A stretch of 64,000 bases of DNA from NCBI GenBank assembly GCA_963801275.1, contig CAWDEF010000001.1, forward strand, positions 281,816 through 345,815, given 5' to 3'. The DNA comes from an uncultured Acidobacteriota bacterium. Lineage in GTDB: Bacteria > Acidobacteriota > Thermoanaerobaculia > UBA5066 > Gp7-AA6. Under the pieces are notes generated by a model that had not been told where the DNA came from, did no database searches, and saw only the letters and a program-made list of their open reading frames with translations. The position numbers and the translations under genes are program-made. Below are positions 30,073-39,430 of the stretch, in pieces (within the stretch, counting starts at the first letter, position 1; every line of letters starts with the position of its first letter).

Positions 30073-31029
30073 CTACACAAAAAGGGAGGAAACGGAAGCC
30101 CCTTCGTGGATTCGCTGGATGGCCTCCCCGAGCAGCGGAGCGATGGAGAGGGGCCGGATCCTGGGACAGCGAGCCACCGCCGCGTCCACGGGGATCGTGT
30201 TGGTGACGAGCAGCTGCTCGAGCCTCGAGGCCTCGATGCGATCGAGGGCGGGCCCCGAGAGGACCGGATGCACTCCCGCCCCGAAGACCCGACGCGCGCC
30301 CTGGGACCAGAGCGCCTCGACGGCCTGGACCAGGGTGCCTGCGGTATCGACGATGTCGTCCAAAATCAGGACGTTACGCCCGTCCACCTCGCCGATGACG
30401 TGCAGAACTTCCGTCTCGTTTTTCCCGGTGCGGCGCTTGTCGATGATGGCAAGCTGAGCTCCCAGCCGCTTGCCGATGGCCCGAGCCCGCGCGACACCCC
30501 CCACGTCGGGCGAAACGATCACGACGTCTTCCAGATCGAGCTTTCGAATCGCTTCGAGGAGCACCGGCGCCGCGAACAGGTGGTCGACCGGGATGTTGAA
30601 GAACCCCTGGATCTGCGCCGCGTGCAGGTCCATCGTCAGGATGCGGTCGGCGCCCGAGGCCGTGAGCAGGTCGGCCATGAGCTTGGCTGCGATCGGAACG
30701 CGGGGCTTGTCCTTTTTGTCCTGCCGCCCGTAGCCGAAGTACGGCATCACGGCCGTGATGCGCGAGGCCGACGAGCGGCGGAACGCGTCCATCAGGATGA
30801 AAAGTTCCATGACGTGGTCGTTGACGGGGCTGCAGGTCGGCTGTACGACGAAGACGTCCGCGCCGCGCACGTTCTCGTCGATCTGGCAGTAGTTCTCCCC
30901 GTCGGAGAAGTTGTAGAGCGTCAACTCCCCCAGCGGAATGCGCAGGTAGTCGCAGATCTCGCGGGCGAGCGCGGGGTGGGCGCGTCCCGCGAAGATCTTC
31001 AGCTCGCCGTAGGAAAAGTGAGCGACCAA
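30073..31029 (-). CDS. prs: ribose-phosphate pyrophosphokinase
   Basis: KIFAGRAHPALAREI ... DLHAAQIQGFF ... ILDDIVDTAGT, a PRPP synthetase signature. Classic prs-ctc-pth cluster. Confidence 0.9.
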   Translation of the reverse strand: MVAHFSYGELKIFAGRAHPALAREICDYLRIPLGELTLYNFSDGENYCQIDENVRGADVFVVQPTCSPVNDHVMELFILMDAFRRSSASRITAVMPYFGYGRQDKKDKPRVPIAAKLMADLLTASGADRILTMDLHAAQIQGFFNIPVDHLFAAPVLLEAIRKLDLEDVVIVSPDVGGVARARAIGKRLGAQLAIIDKRRTGKNETEVLHVIGEVDGRNVLILDDIVDTAGTLVQAVEALWSQGARRVFGAGVHPVLSGPALDRIEASRLEQLLVTNTIPVDAAVARCPRIRPLSIAPLLGEAIQRIHEGASVSSLFV

Positions 31030-31171
31030 GCGGAGAGGATCATAATCGTTCGGCTGCCGGCTGTCAGCCCTTCCCTCGGGAGCGGTCGGCGGGCGTACGA
31101 TGACGGGTCATCGGGCGAGCGGCCCGACGCTCCACAAGCGACGGACTGCCGGGTGTCACAGGCGCGCCCGA

Positions 31172-31178
31172 AAGGAGG
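31172..31178 (+). promoter_or_regulatory. Shine-Dalgarno (AAGGAGG) 6 nt upstream of ATG 31185
   Basis: Sequence gaAAGGAGGatttgcATG. Confidence 0.6.
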
Positions 31179-31184
31179 ATTTGC

Positions 31185-31580
31185 ATGGCGACCGCATGGG
31201 TCTACGTCATCAACAGCGGCAGCGGGACTCCCAACCTCGTCCGTCGCAGCCACCCCTCGACGACCGTGGTCCAGCAGCAGCCGGGCGTGTACCTCGTCAC
31301 GTTTCCCCAGGCCGTCAAGGGCCTCGCCTGCGTCGCCACGCTCAACAACAGTGTCGGAACCATCACTGCCGTACCGGGTGACAACGCGGGCCTGCCCGCG
31401 AATCAGGTGACGGTCGCCACCATGACGCTGAAAAACCAGTTTCTGGGGTCCTACGACTTTAGCCTCGCCGTCTTCTACAACCCGGGGCGTCCCGGCGTTC
31501 TCGATACGGGAGGCCTGCTCTCGCACGCCGCCAAACGGCCGCGCCGCCGGGCGCGCTCGCGCCGCGGACGGCGGGCCTGA
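31185..31580 (+). CDS. hypothetical small protein (131 aa), beta-rich with Arg-rich C-terminal tail
   Basis: Strong RBS, ATG start, codon usage matching neighbours, no obvious family motif. Opposite strand to the prs operon. Confidence 0.55.
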   Translation: MATAWVYVINSGSGTPNLVRRSHPSTTVVQQQPGVYLVTFPQAVKGLACVATLNNSVGTITAVPGDNAGLPANQVTVATMTLKNQFLGSYDFSLAVFYNPGRPGVLDTGGLLSHAAKRPRRRARSRRGRRA

Positions 31581-31599
31581 GCGGTCGTTCGCGCGGAGT

Positions 31600-31675
31600 T
31601 GGCTGGGGCGCTAGGACTCGAACCTAGAAATGCCGGCTCCAAAGGCCGGTGCCTTACCAGTTTGGCGACGCCCCA
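31600..31675 (-). tRNA. tRNA-Gln (anticodon UUG)
   Basis: Minus-strand 76-nt cloverleaf TGGGGCG TC GCCAAACTGGTAAGGC A CCGGC CTTTGGA GCCGG CATTT CTAGG TTCGAGT CCTAG CGCCCCA GCCA. The anticodon loop CTTTGGA gives TTG. 7-bp acceptor stem. Confidence 0.85.
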
Positions 31676-31695
31676 AACGGAGGCGATGGGCGATT

Positions 31696-34056
31696 TTACT
31701 GCCGTTTGCCCTGCAGGGCGGCGAGCTGGTCGCGCAGGCTGCGCGCTTCGGGATCCTCGGGATCGAGATCCAGGAGCTTCTGCGCATAGGTCGAAGCGGC
31801 GGGCAGGTCGCCGACTTTTGCGCTGATCGAGGCGAGGGCGACCAGAATTTCACGATTCCCCGTATGGCGGGCGTGCGCGGATGCCAGGACCTCGAGAGCC
31901 CGCCGCGTCTGGCCCGCCGAGTCGAGCGCCACGCCATACACATAGAGGTAACGCGCCCGCTCGGGCGGCAGCGTCGCCGCCTTCTCGAGTTCGATGAGGG
32001 CCTCGTCCTTTCGCTTGAGGCGCACCAGGGTCAACCCGAGCGCGTGGTGAAGGCCCGCGTCGCGCGGCGATCTCCGGAGACCCTCGCGGAGGACTCGCTC
32101 GGCGTCCGCGTCGCGCCCTTGGAGCCGGTAGAGGTCCGCCAGGTTCGCGTACCCGCCCGCCATGGCCGGCACGAGGCTCAAGGCCGTCTGGTACTCCTTC
32201 TCGGCGCGCGCGAGATCTCCCTGTTCGGCGTAGGCGTTGGCCAGAGCCAGGCGCGCCTCCGCGCGGTCCGCGTCGACTGAGAGCGACTGGACGTATTCGG
32301 CAAAAGCCCTCTCGAAGTCGCTGCGATCCGAGGAGTTCAGGCTCTCCTTCGGGACGCCCGCGAGCGCCCGCGCCGCCTCGATTCGGACCGTCAAGATGGG
32401 ATCGCGCAGCAGAGGAGCCGCGATCTCCAGCCGGTGCTCCGGCTGGAGAGACTCGACGGCGTGGAGGGCTCCGCTGCGTACCAGGGGATCGGGATCCCCG
32501 GCCGCCCGCGCGATCGCGTCCCGGACACCCTTTCCAGGCGTGCCTCCCAGCAACGACGCCGCCGTCGCACGCCGAATTCCAGGCTTTCGGGAGTCGAGGA
32601 CGAGGCGCTCGAGCAAGCTTCTCGCATCGGCCCGCTCCTGCCTGCCGGCCAGAATCGCTTCGCCGTCGGGAGGCTCCTGCCGGATCCGGTCACCCCACCA
32701 GCGCAGAGCGGCCTCGGAGGCCCACGCGTCGGAGCGTTTGCGATGGCACCCGGTGCAGGCGTTGGGCGTGCCGAGCGCCGCCGAGAGGTCCGGCCGGGGA
32801 ATCCGCATGCTGTGGTCGTGGCGGGCGTGCACGACCATGTAGTTGCGCGTCGGCATGTGGCAGGATACGCAGCGCGAGCCGGGCGATCCGACCTTGTGGA
32901 AGTGATGCGCAGGGGTTTCGAACTTTTCGGGCATGTGGCAGGCCGCGCAGACCCGGTCGCCCGACACCCGAACTTTCAGGTCGTGGGGATCGTGGCAATT
33001 GGAGCAGGTGACTCCCCCGGCGTACATCTTGCTCTGCAGGAACGAGCCATACTCGTAGACCTCGTCCTGAATCTGCCCGTCCGGAAAGTAGAGCCCTTCC
33101 TCGAGCAGCGCCGGCCGGTGCGTCTGCATGAGAGGCTGGCCATAGACGTAGTCGGCCGCTACGACCGACCGCCGGGAGTGGCAGCGCGCGCAGGTCTCGA
33201 TCTCGGCATGGGAGGTTCGGGGCGCGCTCCGCTTCGCAATACCGGTCTTCAGGTCGAACTCCCAGGTGGCCTTGTCGTGGTCCTTGAGCCCGACCGCCAG
33301 ACCCTTGTCGACACCGTCCTTGCGGGCCGTCCCGGCGCGGACCGCCTCGGCCCACGCGACGTGCGCCGAGCCGGGTCCGTGGCAGGCCTCGCAGGAGACG
33401 TTCAACTCGGACCAGGTCGTCGCGTAGCTGTCCGTCGCGGCGTCGTACCCCTTCTTCACGTCCGTCGAGTGACACTCCGCGCACATGAAGTTCCAGTTCT
33501 GGTAGGGGCCGGTCCAGTGAAGGGGATCCGTGTGAGGGACCTCCTCTGTCGGATAGAGGTGGAACCACCGCTGTCCACCCTCCCGCGCGGGACGCGTGTC
33601 CCAGCACACGTTCAAGGCTTGATAGCGGCCGCCGGGGAAAGGGATCAGATACTGCTGGAGGGGATACTCGCCGAAGGTGTAGGCGATGGGATATTCCGTC
33701 GGCCTTCCGTCGGGGCCGTCCGTGCGGACGAAGAACTTCCCGTCGCGCTTGAAGAAGGTCGTGGTGACCCCGAAGTGCGTGAAGCGCGCGTTGTCGAAGT
33801 TGCCGAGGACCGTCGTCGTGGTTGCCTCCTCCATGGCCAAATCGTGGTGAGATCCGCGCCAGCGCCGGTCCTCCTCGCCGTGGCAGCGCGCGCAGGCCTG
33901 CCGGCCGACGAACGTGGCGTCGTGAGCCAGAGGGGTAGGCGTTGCCGGAATCCGGCTCGGCGGTGGCGCCACGATCTCCCTCTCGCACGCGCCGGTCGCA
34001 AGCGCGAGAAAAACCCCGATCGCCCCGAGAGATCGCCGATCACGTGACGCGCTCAC
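31696..34056 (-). CDS. octaheme c-type cytochrome fused to HEAT (PBS-lyase-like) and TPR repeats; probable lipoprotein
   Basis: Eight CxxCH motifs (CARCH, CAECH, CEACH, CARCH, CSNCH, CAACH, CVSCH, CTGCH). N-terminal signal with LATGAC lipobox-like Cys. C-terminal HEAT repeats (PLVRSGALHAV ... LTVRIEAARALAG) followed by TPR repeats. Confidence 0.8.
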   Translation of the reverse strand: MSASRDRRSLGAIGVFLALATGACEREIVAPPPSRIPATPTPLAHDATFVGRQACARCHGEEDRRWRGSHHDLAMEEATTTTVLGNFDNARFTHFGVTTTFFKRDGKFFVRTDGPDGRPTEYPIAYTFGEYPLQQYLIPFPGGRYQALNVCWDTRPAREGGQRWFHLYPTEEVPHTDPLHWTGPYQNWNFMCAECHSTDVKKGYDAATDSYATTWSELNVSCEACHGPGSAHVAWAEAVRAGTARKDGVDKGLAVGLKDHDKATWEFDLKTGIAKRSAPRTSHAEIETCARCHSRRSVVAADYVYGQPLMQTHRPALLEEGLYFPDGQIQDEVYEYGSFLQSKMYAGGVTCSNCHDPHDLKVRVSGDRVCAACHMPEKFETPAHHFHKVGSPGSRCVSCHMPTRNYMVVHARHDHSMRIPRPDLSAALGTPNACTGCHRKRSDAWASEAALRWWGDRIRQEPPDGEAILAGRQERADARSLLERLVLDSRKPGIRRATAASLLGGTPGKGVRDAIARAAGDPDPLVRSGALHAVESLQPEHRLEIAAPLLRDPILTVRIEAARALAGVPKESLNSSDRSDFERAFAEYVQSLSVDADRAEARLALANAYAEQGDLARAEKEYQTALSLVPAMAGGYANLADLYRLQGRDADAERVLREGLRRSPRDAGLHHALGLTLVRLKRKDEALIELEKAATLPPERARYLYVYGVALDSAGQTRRALEVLASAHARHTGNREILVALASISAKVGDLPAASTYAQKLLDLDPEDPEARSLRDQLAALQGKRQ

Positions 34057-34060
34057 GCGC

Positions 34061-34936
34061 CTATCCGTCCTTGCGCCTGCCGTCGGTCAGGCCCCGGTAC
34101 TCGTCTCGTCGAAGCGTCCGGCAGTCGATGGCGCGCGCTCCCGGGTGGTCGGAGAGAAAGGCTTCGAGCTGCCGGGCACCCGCCTCGACCAGCACGACCG
34201 TCGATCCCGAGCCGCTGAGAGCGCACTCCCGCGCCATTGCACGCCCCCGCTCCAGATACTCCGCCATCTCGGGACGAACCGCGACGGCCGCTGTCTCGAG
34301 ATCGTTCGGCCCGAAGAAGCGGCCGCTCCCCTCGATCTCGAGAGTGGCGGGAGGCTCCGGCCCCCCGCCGATCCGGTCAAACGCGCCGTAGACCTCGGCC
34401 GTGGAGAGTGAGAAAGGCGGCACGAGCAGAACGAGACTCCGCGCAGGAGCGTCGCCGCGCGGCAGCACGATCTCGCCGCGGCCCGAAACGTCCGCCTCGC
34501 CGCCGGCCAGGAAGAACGGCACGTCACTGCCGAGCGAAGCGGCGAGCGCTTGAAGATCCGACTCGCCGAGCCTGCTCTCCCAGACACGGGAGAGCAGACG
34601 CAACGCCACGGCGGCGTCGGCGCTGCCGCCGCCCAGCCCGGCCCCCACGGGCACGCGCTTGACGAGACGCAGGCGCACCCGCGGCTCGATACCGAGCTTC
34701 TCCGCCAGCGCCAGCGCGGCCCGCGCCGCCAGGTTCGAACCGTCCGCGGGAAGCGCGTCGGGCTCGCAGGAGAAGGAGAAACCGTCGGCCGGCTCCGCCT
34801 CGAGCGTGTCGGCCAAATCGACCGCCGCAAACCGCGAGCGGATGGCGTGATAGCCATCTTTGCGGCGCGGGCCGACTCGAAGCTCCCGATTGATCTTCGC
34901 GGGCGCAGACGCCGACCAGGTCCCCCGCCGCGTCAC
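34061..34936 (-). CDS. ispE: 4-diphosphocytidyl-2-C-methyl-D-erythritol kinase
   Basis: APAKINRELRVGPRRKDGYHAI ... VPVGAGLGGGSADAA GHMP-kinase motif. GTG start at 34936 overlaps the upstream stop (GTGA). Confidence 0.85.
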   Translation of the reverse strand: MTRRGTWSASAPAKINRELRVGPRRKDGYHAIRSRFAAVDLADTLEAEPADGFSFSCEPDALPADGSNLAARAALALAEKLGIEPRVRLRLVKRVPVGAGLGGGSADAAVALRLLSRVWESRLGESDLQALAASLGSDVPFFLAGGEADVSGRGEIVLPRGDAPARSLVLLVPPFSLSTAEVYGAFDRIGGGPEPPATLEIEGSGRFFGPNDLETAAVAVRPEMAEYLERGRAMARECALSGSGSTVVLVEAGARQLEAFLSDHPGARAIDCRTLRRDEYRGLTDGRRKDG

Positions 34937-35601
34937 GACGCCGACTCCCGCGAAAGCATCCGAAGCTCGAGCCTGCTGCCCGATGCCTTCTCCCGAATCT
35001 CGATCGATTCGGGCCAGGGGTTTCGGAAATCTGAGAATTTCGCCTCGATCTCGCCGTCGGCGCGAGCGACGCGCAGGGAGCGCAGCCCTCTCTCGAGATC
35101 GAAGATCCCCTCGGCCGCATCGTCTCCGCTCCAGCGGAGCCGGACGCGGCCGCCCCGCTGCCCCTCGACGGTGGGTGCCACCCCAGTCCACGTGCCCGCC
35201 AGCAGGGCGCGGAGCTGACGGGCGGGAAGCGGTATGGGACGCAGCTTTTCGCCGCGAAGCTTCCCATCGGCGTAGGTCGCAATTGGGGCGCCGAAGGGGC
35301 CCGCCAGTGTCGCGTCCACCCGATCGCCGCGCAGGCGCACCGCGAGCGTCCCGTGCATCTTGAGCAGCCCCTGGGACACGGAGGCCTCATACAGCACATT
35401 CGCCGAGGCCTCCGGTTCGGCGCGCGCCACGGCCGCCCGCCACGCACTCTCTGCCGCAAGCGCCTGCTCGACCGACACGGGGGCGAAGCGCGCGCAGGCG
35501 GCGCAAGCGGCGAGTAGAAGGACGAGGACGCCCGCGCGCGCCGCGGCAGGCCACCGCACGACTCGCTCCCCACGGCGCGGGGTGTCGATACCCGCTCGCA
35601 C
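34933..35601 (-). CDS. LolB-like / DUF4292-like outer-membrane lipoprotein
   Basis: Signal plus lipobox (LLLAACAAC); ~220 aa. Its position immediately upstream of ispE matches lolB-ispE-prs synteny. Confidence 0.55.
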   Translation of the reverse strand: MRAGIDTPRRGERVVRWPAAARAGVLVLLLAACAACARFAPVSVEQALAAESAWRAAVARAEPEASANVLYEASVSQGLLKMHGTLAVRLRGDRVDATLAGPFGAPIATYADGKLRGEKLRPIPLPARQLRALLAGTWTGVAPTVEGQRGGRVRLRWSGDDAAEGIFDLERGLRSLRVARADGEIEAKFSDFRNPWPESIEIREKASGSRLELRMLSRESAS

Positions 35602-35616
35602 GGATCCGGTCCGCGT

Positions 35617-37524
35617 TCAGCGGCCCGACAACCGGGGTCGCGACTGCGCGAGCTTCTGGCGGATCTTCTCGGGCTCCTCCGGCTTGAGAGTCAGAGCCCG
35701 CTCCCAGTGTGCGACGGCCTTTTCCATGTTGCCTTGCCGGGCCTCGAGGTCGCCGAGGTGTTCCTCGATGGTTGGGTCGTCGGGATCCCGGCGGTGCGCC
35801 TCGAGCAGATGGCGCTGCGCCGCGTCGAGTTTGCCCAGCCGGAAGGCTGCCCAGCCGAGCGAATCCAGATAGGCCCCGTTGCGCGGCTCGCGCTCGACGG
35901 CCTTCAGAATCAGAGAGTAGGCCTCGTCCAGGTGGACTCCGCGGTCCGCCCACATGTAGCCGAGATAGTTCTGCGCGGCCGAGTCGTTCGGGCGCATCTC
36001 CAGCAGCCTCCGAAAGGCGTCCTCCGCTCCCGAGAAATCACCCGCGCGCTCCAGGCTCGATCCGAGTCGGAACAACATCTCCTCGCTCTCGGGAAAGCGG
36101 GCCGAGCCGTCCCGCGCGACACGGGCCGCCTGGGCATAATCCTTCAGGCGCGCGTAGACATCGGCGGCGGCCAGAACCTTTTCCGGATCCTCCGACGAGG
36201 CGAGCTCCGAGAGCATGGCTTCGCCTTTCTTTCGGTCGCCGGTGCGTATCGCGAACTCTGCCACGTCGGCCGTCCACTCGGAATCCCTCGGCTGGAGAGC
36301 GGACGCGGCCTCCGAACGGGCCAGAGCGGTCGCGTAGTCCTCCGTTTCCCGACAGGCTCCGAGCAGGATCCGCAGGGCGCGCGGCTCCACCTGCGCGGGC
36401 GTCACCGCGATCTCGAGAAGCTTCTTCGAGGCAGCGTAGTCCTTTCGGATGAACGCGAGAAAGCCCATCTCCGTCAAGGTGGCCCGCCTCGAGTCGGCGT
36501 TCTTGGGGTCCTCGCCGGCATGCTTGAGCAGGTCGTCGAGGATCGCCGAGGCCTCGTCGAACCGCCTTTCTCGAATCAGCTCCGCCGCGAGGGCTCGCGC
36601 GGTGAGCTCGTCTTCGGCGTCGGCCTCCCGAAGCGCGCGCAGGATCTTCTCGCCTTCGGGCACGTCGCCCTTCTCGAAGAGGACCTGCGCGAGGAGGCGC
36701 CGGATCGCCCGGTTCTCGGGCCGCCGCGCCGCCAGCTGCCGCGCGAGCTGCTCCGCGTCCCCGAAACGGCCGGCCCGCGCGAGGTCGAGCGCGATCCGCT
36801 CGTCGATCGCGCCGTTGTCCGGATCGGCCTTCCGCATCGCCTGCAGAATCGCCAGGGCCTCGTCCAGCCGCTCCTGGTCCTCGTAGAGCTCGATCAGGGC
36901 CGCGGCGATCTCACGGTCCCCGGGATTCGCTTCGTACAGATCGCGGTAAAGCTGTTCCGCTTCCCGCAGGCGCCCGCTCTTCGACTTCGCCTCGGCGGCA
37001 AGACGCATCAGCGCAGGCAGCCGCCGCGACTGCGCCACGTCGTCCAGCACTTCCGCGGCCTGGGCGGGATTGCCCCGGGCGAGCAGGGCCCGGGCAAGCG
37101 CGGCGGCCGTGGCCGGATCGCCGGGAGCAAGATCGTTGGCCGCCCGCAGCTGCGCGATCGCGGCGTCGAGCCGCGCGGGGTCTCTTTCCGCCGCGGCCAG
37201 CTCGAGGGTCCCCAGAAGCCGGTGCGGTTCCGGAAGCTTCGGGTCGAGCCGCACCGCCTCCTGCGCCTGGCGCATCGCTTCGTCCGTGACGTTCAAGTCG
37301 CGGAGGAGTTGGGCGTATTCGAAGCGGACGATCGCATCGTCGGGGAGCTTCTGAATGACGCGGCGGTAGAGCTCGAGCGCCTCCTGGAATCTCCCGTCGC
37401 TCATCGCCTCCCGGGCGCGAAGGAACAGGCGCCGGCTCTCCGCGAGGGGGTCGGTCGCCGGCTCGGCGCCGTAGGCGGCCGAAATCCACGCGCACGCTGC
37501 CAGCGCGGCGAGAAGCCGTTTCAC
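35617..37524 (-). CDS. secreted TPR-repeat protein
   Basis: Signal peptide MKRLLAALAACAWISAAYGA; about 14 TPR-like repeats through 635 aa. Confidence 0.75.
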   Translation of the reverse strand: MKRLLAALAACAWISAAYGAEPATDPLAESRRLFLRAREAMSDGRFQEALELYRRVIQKLPDDAIVRFEYAQLLRDLNVTDEAMRQAQEAVRLDPKLPEPHRLLGTLELAAAERDPARLDAAIAQLRAANDLAPGDPATAAALARALLARGNPAQAAEVLDDVAQSRRLPALMRLAAEAKSKSGRLREAEQLYRDLYEANPGDREIAAALIELYEDQERLDEALAILQAMRKADPDNGAIDERIALDLARAGRFGDAEQLARQLAARRPENRAIRRLLAQVLFEKGDVPEGEKILRALREADAEDELTARALAAELIRERRFDEASAILDDLLKHAGEDPKNADSRRATLTEMGFLAFIRKDYAASKKLLEIAVTPAQVEPRALRILLGACRETEDYATALARSEAASALQPRDSEWTADVAEFAIRTGDRKKGEAMLSELASSEDPEKVLAAADVYARLKDYAQAARVARDGSARFPESEEMLFRLGSSLERAGDFSGAEDAFRRLLEMRPNDSAAQNYLGYMWADRGVHLDEAYSLILKAVEREPRNGAYLDSLGWAAFRLGKLDAAQRHLLEAHRRDPDDPTIEEHLGDLEARQGNMEKAVAHWERALTLKPEEPEKIRQKLAQSRPRLSGR

Positions 37525-37680
37525 TCCGACACTCTAGCATTCTCATGGTTGCCGCGCATGCACGCGGCGGCTGTGCGCGGGATATGCTGCGCGGTCCCGA
37601 GAAGACCGGATGCCCAGCCGTCTGCTTTCTGCCGCCTCGCCTCCCACCTTCGACGCCTGCGCGATAATCGGAACCCAGGA

Positions 37681-39105
37681 ATGACACGGTTGGGTCAACT
37701 CCTCGTCCGGGCCGATCTCGTCTCGGAGAACCACCTGGCCCGCGCGCTGGGCGTCCAGCACTTCGCCGGGGGCCGAATCGGCACCCTGCTGCTCGAGCGA
37801 GGCGTTCTGCACGAGGACGACCTGGGACGAATCCTCGCGGAGCAGCACGCCTGCGAGTTCGTGCCCTGGTCGGTCCTCGCCAACGTGACACCGGCGGCGA
37901 TCGCGGCGCTTCCCGCGAAGTTCGCGATCCGTCACTCGGCGGTCCCCTACGACCGCGGCGAAGGGTTCCTGCGGATCGCGCTGCGAGACCCCTCGGATCT
38001 GCGGATTCTCGACGAGCTCTTCTTCGTCACGGGGCGGAAGATCGTTCCTGGCGTCGCGCCGGAAGTCCGGATCTTCCAGGCCCTCGAGAAGTACTACGGC
38101 GAGCGCCGAACGCCGCGCTACGCCATCCTGGCCGAAAAGCTGTCCCGCCTTTCGAGCCGTCCCGCCGCGCACGCCGTCGGCCTTCCGCCGCCTCCGGCGT
38201 TCTTCCCCGCCACGCCGCCCCGGCCCCCTTCCGCCCCCGAACCTCTCGAGGGAGCCGAAGGAGGCAACCCCGAACTGACACCGGCCGTGAAGATGCCGGA
38301 CGCGCCTGTAACGCCCTGGGCGCCGGTGACCCCGGCCCCCGGCGAGGCCTCCGAGCCGGAAGAGGAAGTGATCTCGTGGGAGGAGCTCTCGCCGCCTTCG
38401 CTCTGGATTCCGGCGCCGATCGAGACCGAGAAGGTGCCGGCGGCCACCCCGCGCTTGCCGCCCCCTCCGGCTCCGACCGCACCCCCGGCAGCGCCCGGGC
38501 CCCGCCCGTCAGCGTCGCGTGAGCCGACTCCGCAGCCCTCTCCCCCTCCGGTGCCGCCCCCGCCACCCGCTCTGGCGCCTGTTGCCCGTGCGCGGGTCCC
38601 CCCTCCGGCCGGCGCCATGCGTTTTGCGTCAGAGACCTTCGACTTTCCTGACGTTCTGGCGGCACGGGATCGCGGAGCCGTCGTGGCGCAGACCCTGCTC
38701 GCGCTCTCCCACCGCTTTCCACGCGTGGCCGTCTTCGGCTCCAAACCTGACCGTGTTTCGGGACTGGCGGCAACGGGCAAGGGCGTCAATTCCTCGAAGG
38801 TGGGGGCGATCGAGATTCCCTGGAGCGAGCCCTCGGTCTTCTTGAACGTACGGCTCTCGCGAGCCTTCTACCTCGGCGCCTTGCCGCCGCTGCCCCGACA
38901 CCGCGTGATCTCCGACACGATGGGTCGCCCGGCCGAGGAGTGCGTCGTGCAGCCCGTCTGGATGAAGGAAAAGCCGGTTGCGTTCCTGTACGCGGAGTTC
39001 GACCCGGACCGCGGAGCGACGCCGATGGACCTGGCCTACCTGCGGGGACTCGCCAGTGCGGCCGCCACCGCGCTTGCGGCCTCCATCCGGTCGAAGCGGG
39101 CGTAA
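37681..39105 (+). CDS. MshEN / T2SSE_N-domain protein with Pro-rich linker and conserved C-terminal domain of unknown function
   Basis: N-terminus RLGQLLVRADLVSENHLARALGVQ-HFAGG-RIGTLLLERGVLHEDDLGRILAEQ matches the tandem 24-residue MshEN c-di-GMP-binding motifs (RLGxxLLxxGLIxxxxLxxxLxxQ). Long PPPAP-rich linker. C-terminal ~150 aa is homologous to the C-terminus of the 39431 gene. Confidence 0.7.
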   Translation: MTRLGQLLVRADLVSENHLARALGVQHFAGGRIGTLLLERGVLHEDDLGRILAEQHACEFVPWSVLANVTPAAIAALPAKFAIRHSAVPYDRGEGFLRIALRDPSDLRILDELFFVTGRKIVPGVAPEVRIFQALEKYYGERRTPRYAILAEKLSRLSSRPAAHAVGLPPPPAFFPATPPRPPSAPEPLEGAEGGNPELTPAVKMPDAPVTPWAPVTPAPGEASEPEEEVISWEELSPPSLWIPAPIETEKVPAATPRLPPPPAPTAPPAAPGPRPSASREPTPQPSPPPVPPPPPALAPVARARVPPPAGAMRFASETFDFPDVLAARDRGAVVAQTLLALSHRFPRVAVFGSKPDRVSGLAATGKGVNSSKVGAIEIPWSEPSVFLNVRLSRAFYLGALPPLPRHRVISDTMGRPAEECVVQPVWMKEKPVAFLYAEFDPDRGATPMDLAYLRGLASAAATALAASIRSKRA

Positions 39106-39132
39106 TATAATTTCCGAAACTCCGGAGGAGCG

Positions 39133-39402
39133 ATGATCAAGGCGGACATCGTCGATCTCGTTGTCGATCGGGCGGCCGTAGCGCGGGCAAAGGCGGCCAC
39201 CGCCGTGGAGACCGTCATCGAATCGATGCGGTCCGCGCTCGGCGCGGGGGATCGGATCGAGCTGCGCGGGTTCGGGGTCTTTCAGGTCAAGCGCCGCAAG
39301 CGCGGAATCGGCCGAAATCCGAAGACGGGCGTCGAGGTCACGATCCCGCCCGGCAACACGATCCGTTTCAAGCCGGGCAAGGACCTTCGCGACCTCCAGT
39401 AG
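39133..39402 (+). CDS. HU/IHF family nucleoid-associated DNA-binding protein
   Basis: ELRGFGVFQVKRRKRGIGRNPKTGVEVTIPPGNTIRFKPGKDL, the conserved HU/IHF arm and body. GGAGGAG RBS. A TATAAT-like hexamer at ~39108-39113 just upstream. Confidence 0.85.
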   Translation: MIKADIVDLVVDRAAVARAKAATAVETVIESMRSALGAGDRIELRGFGVFQVKRRKRGIGRNPKTGVEVTIPPGNTIRFKPGKDLRDLQ

Positions 39403-39430
39403 GCCGCGGCCGCTAGGATCGGAACGGCGC

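Noticed and set aside
39106-39113. TATAAT-like hexamer upstream of the HU gene as a defined promoter
   Set aside because: A single AT-rich hexamer with no identifiable -35 element. It is mentioned in the HU gene evidence but too weak to call as a feature.
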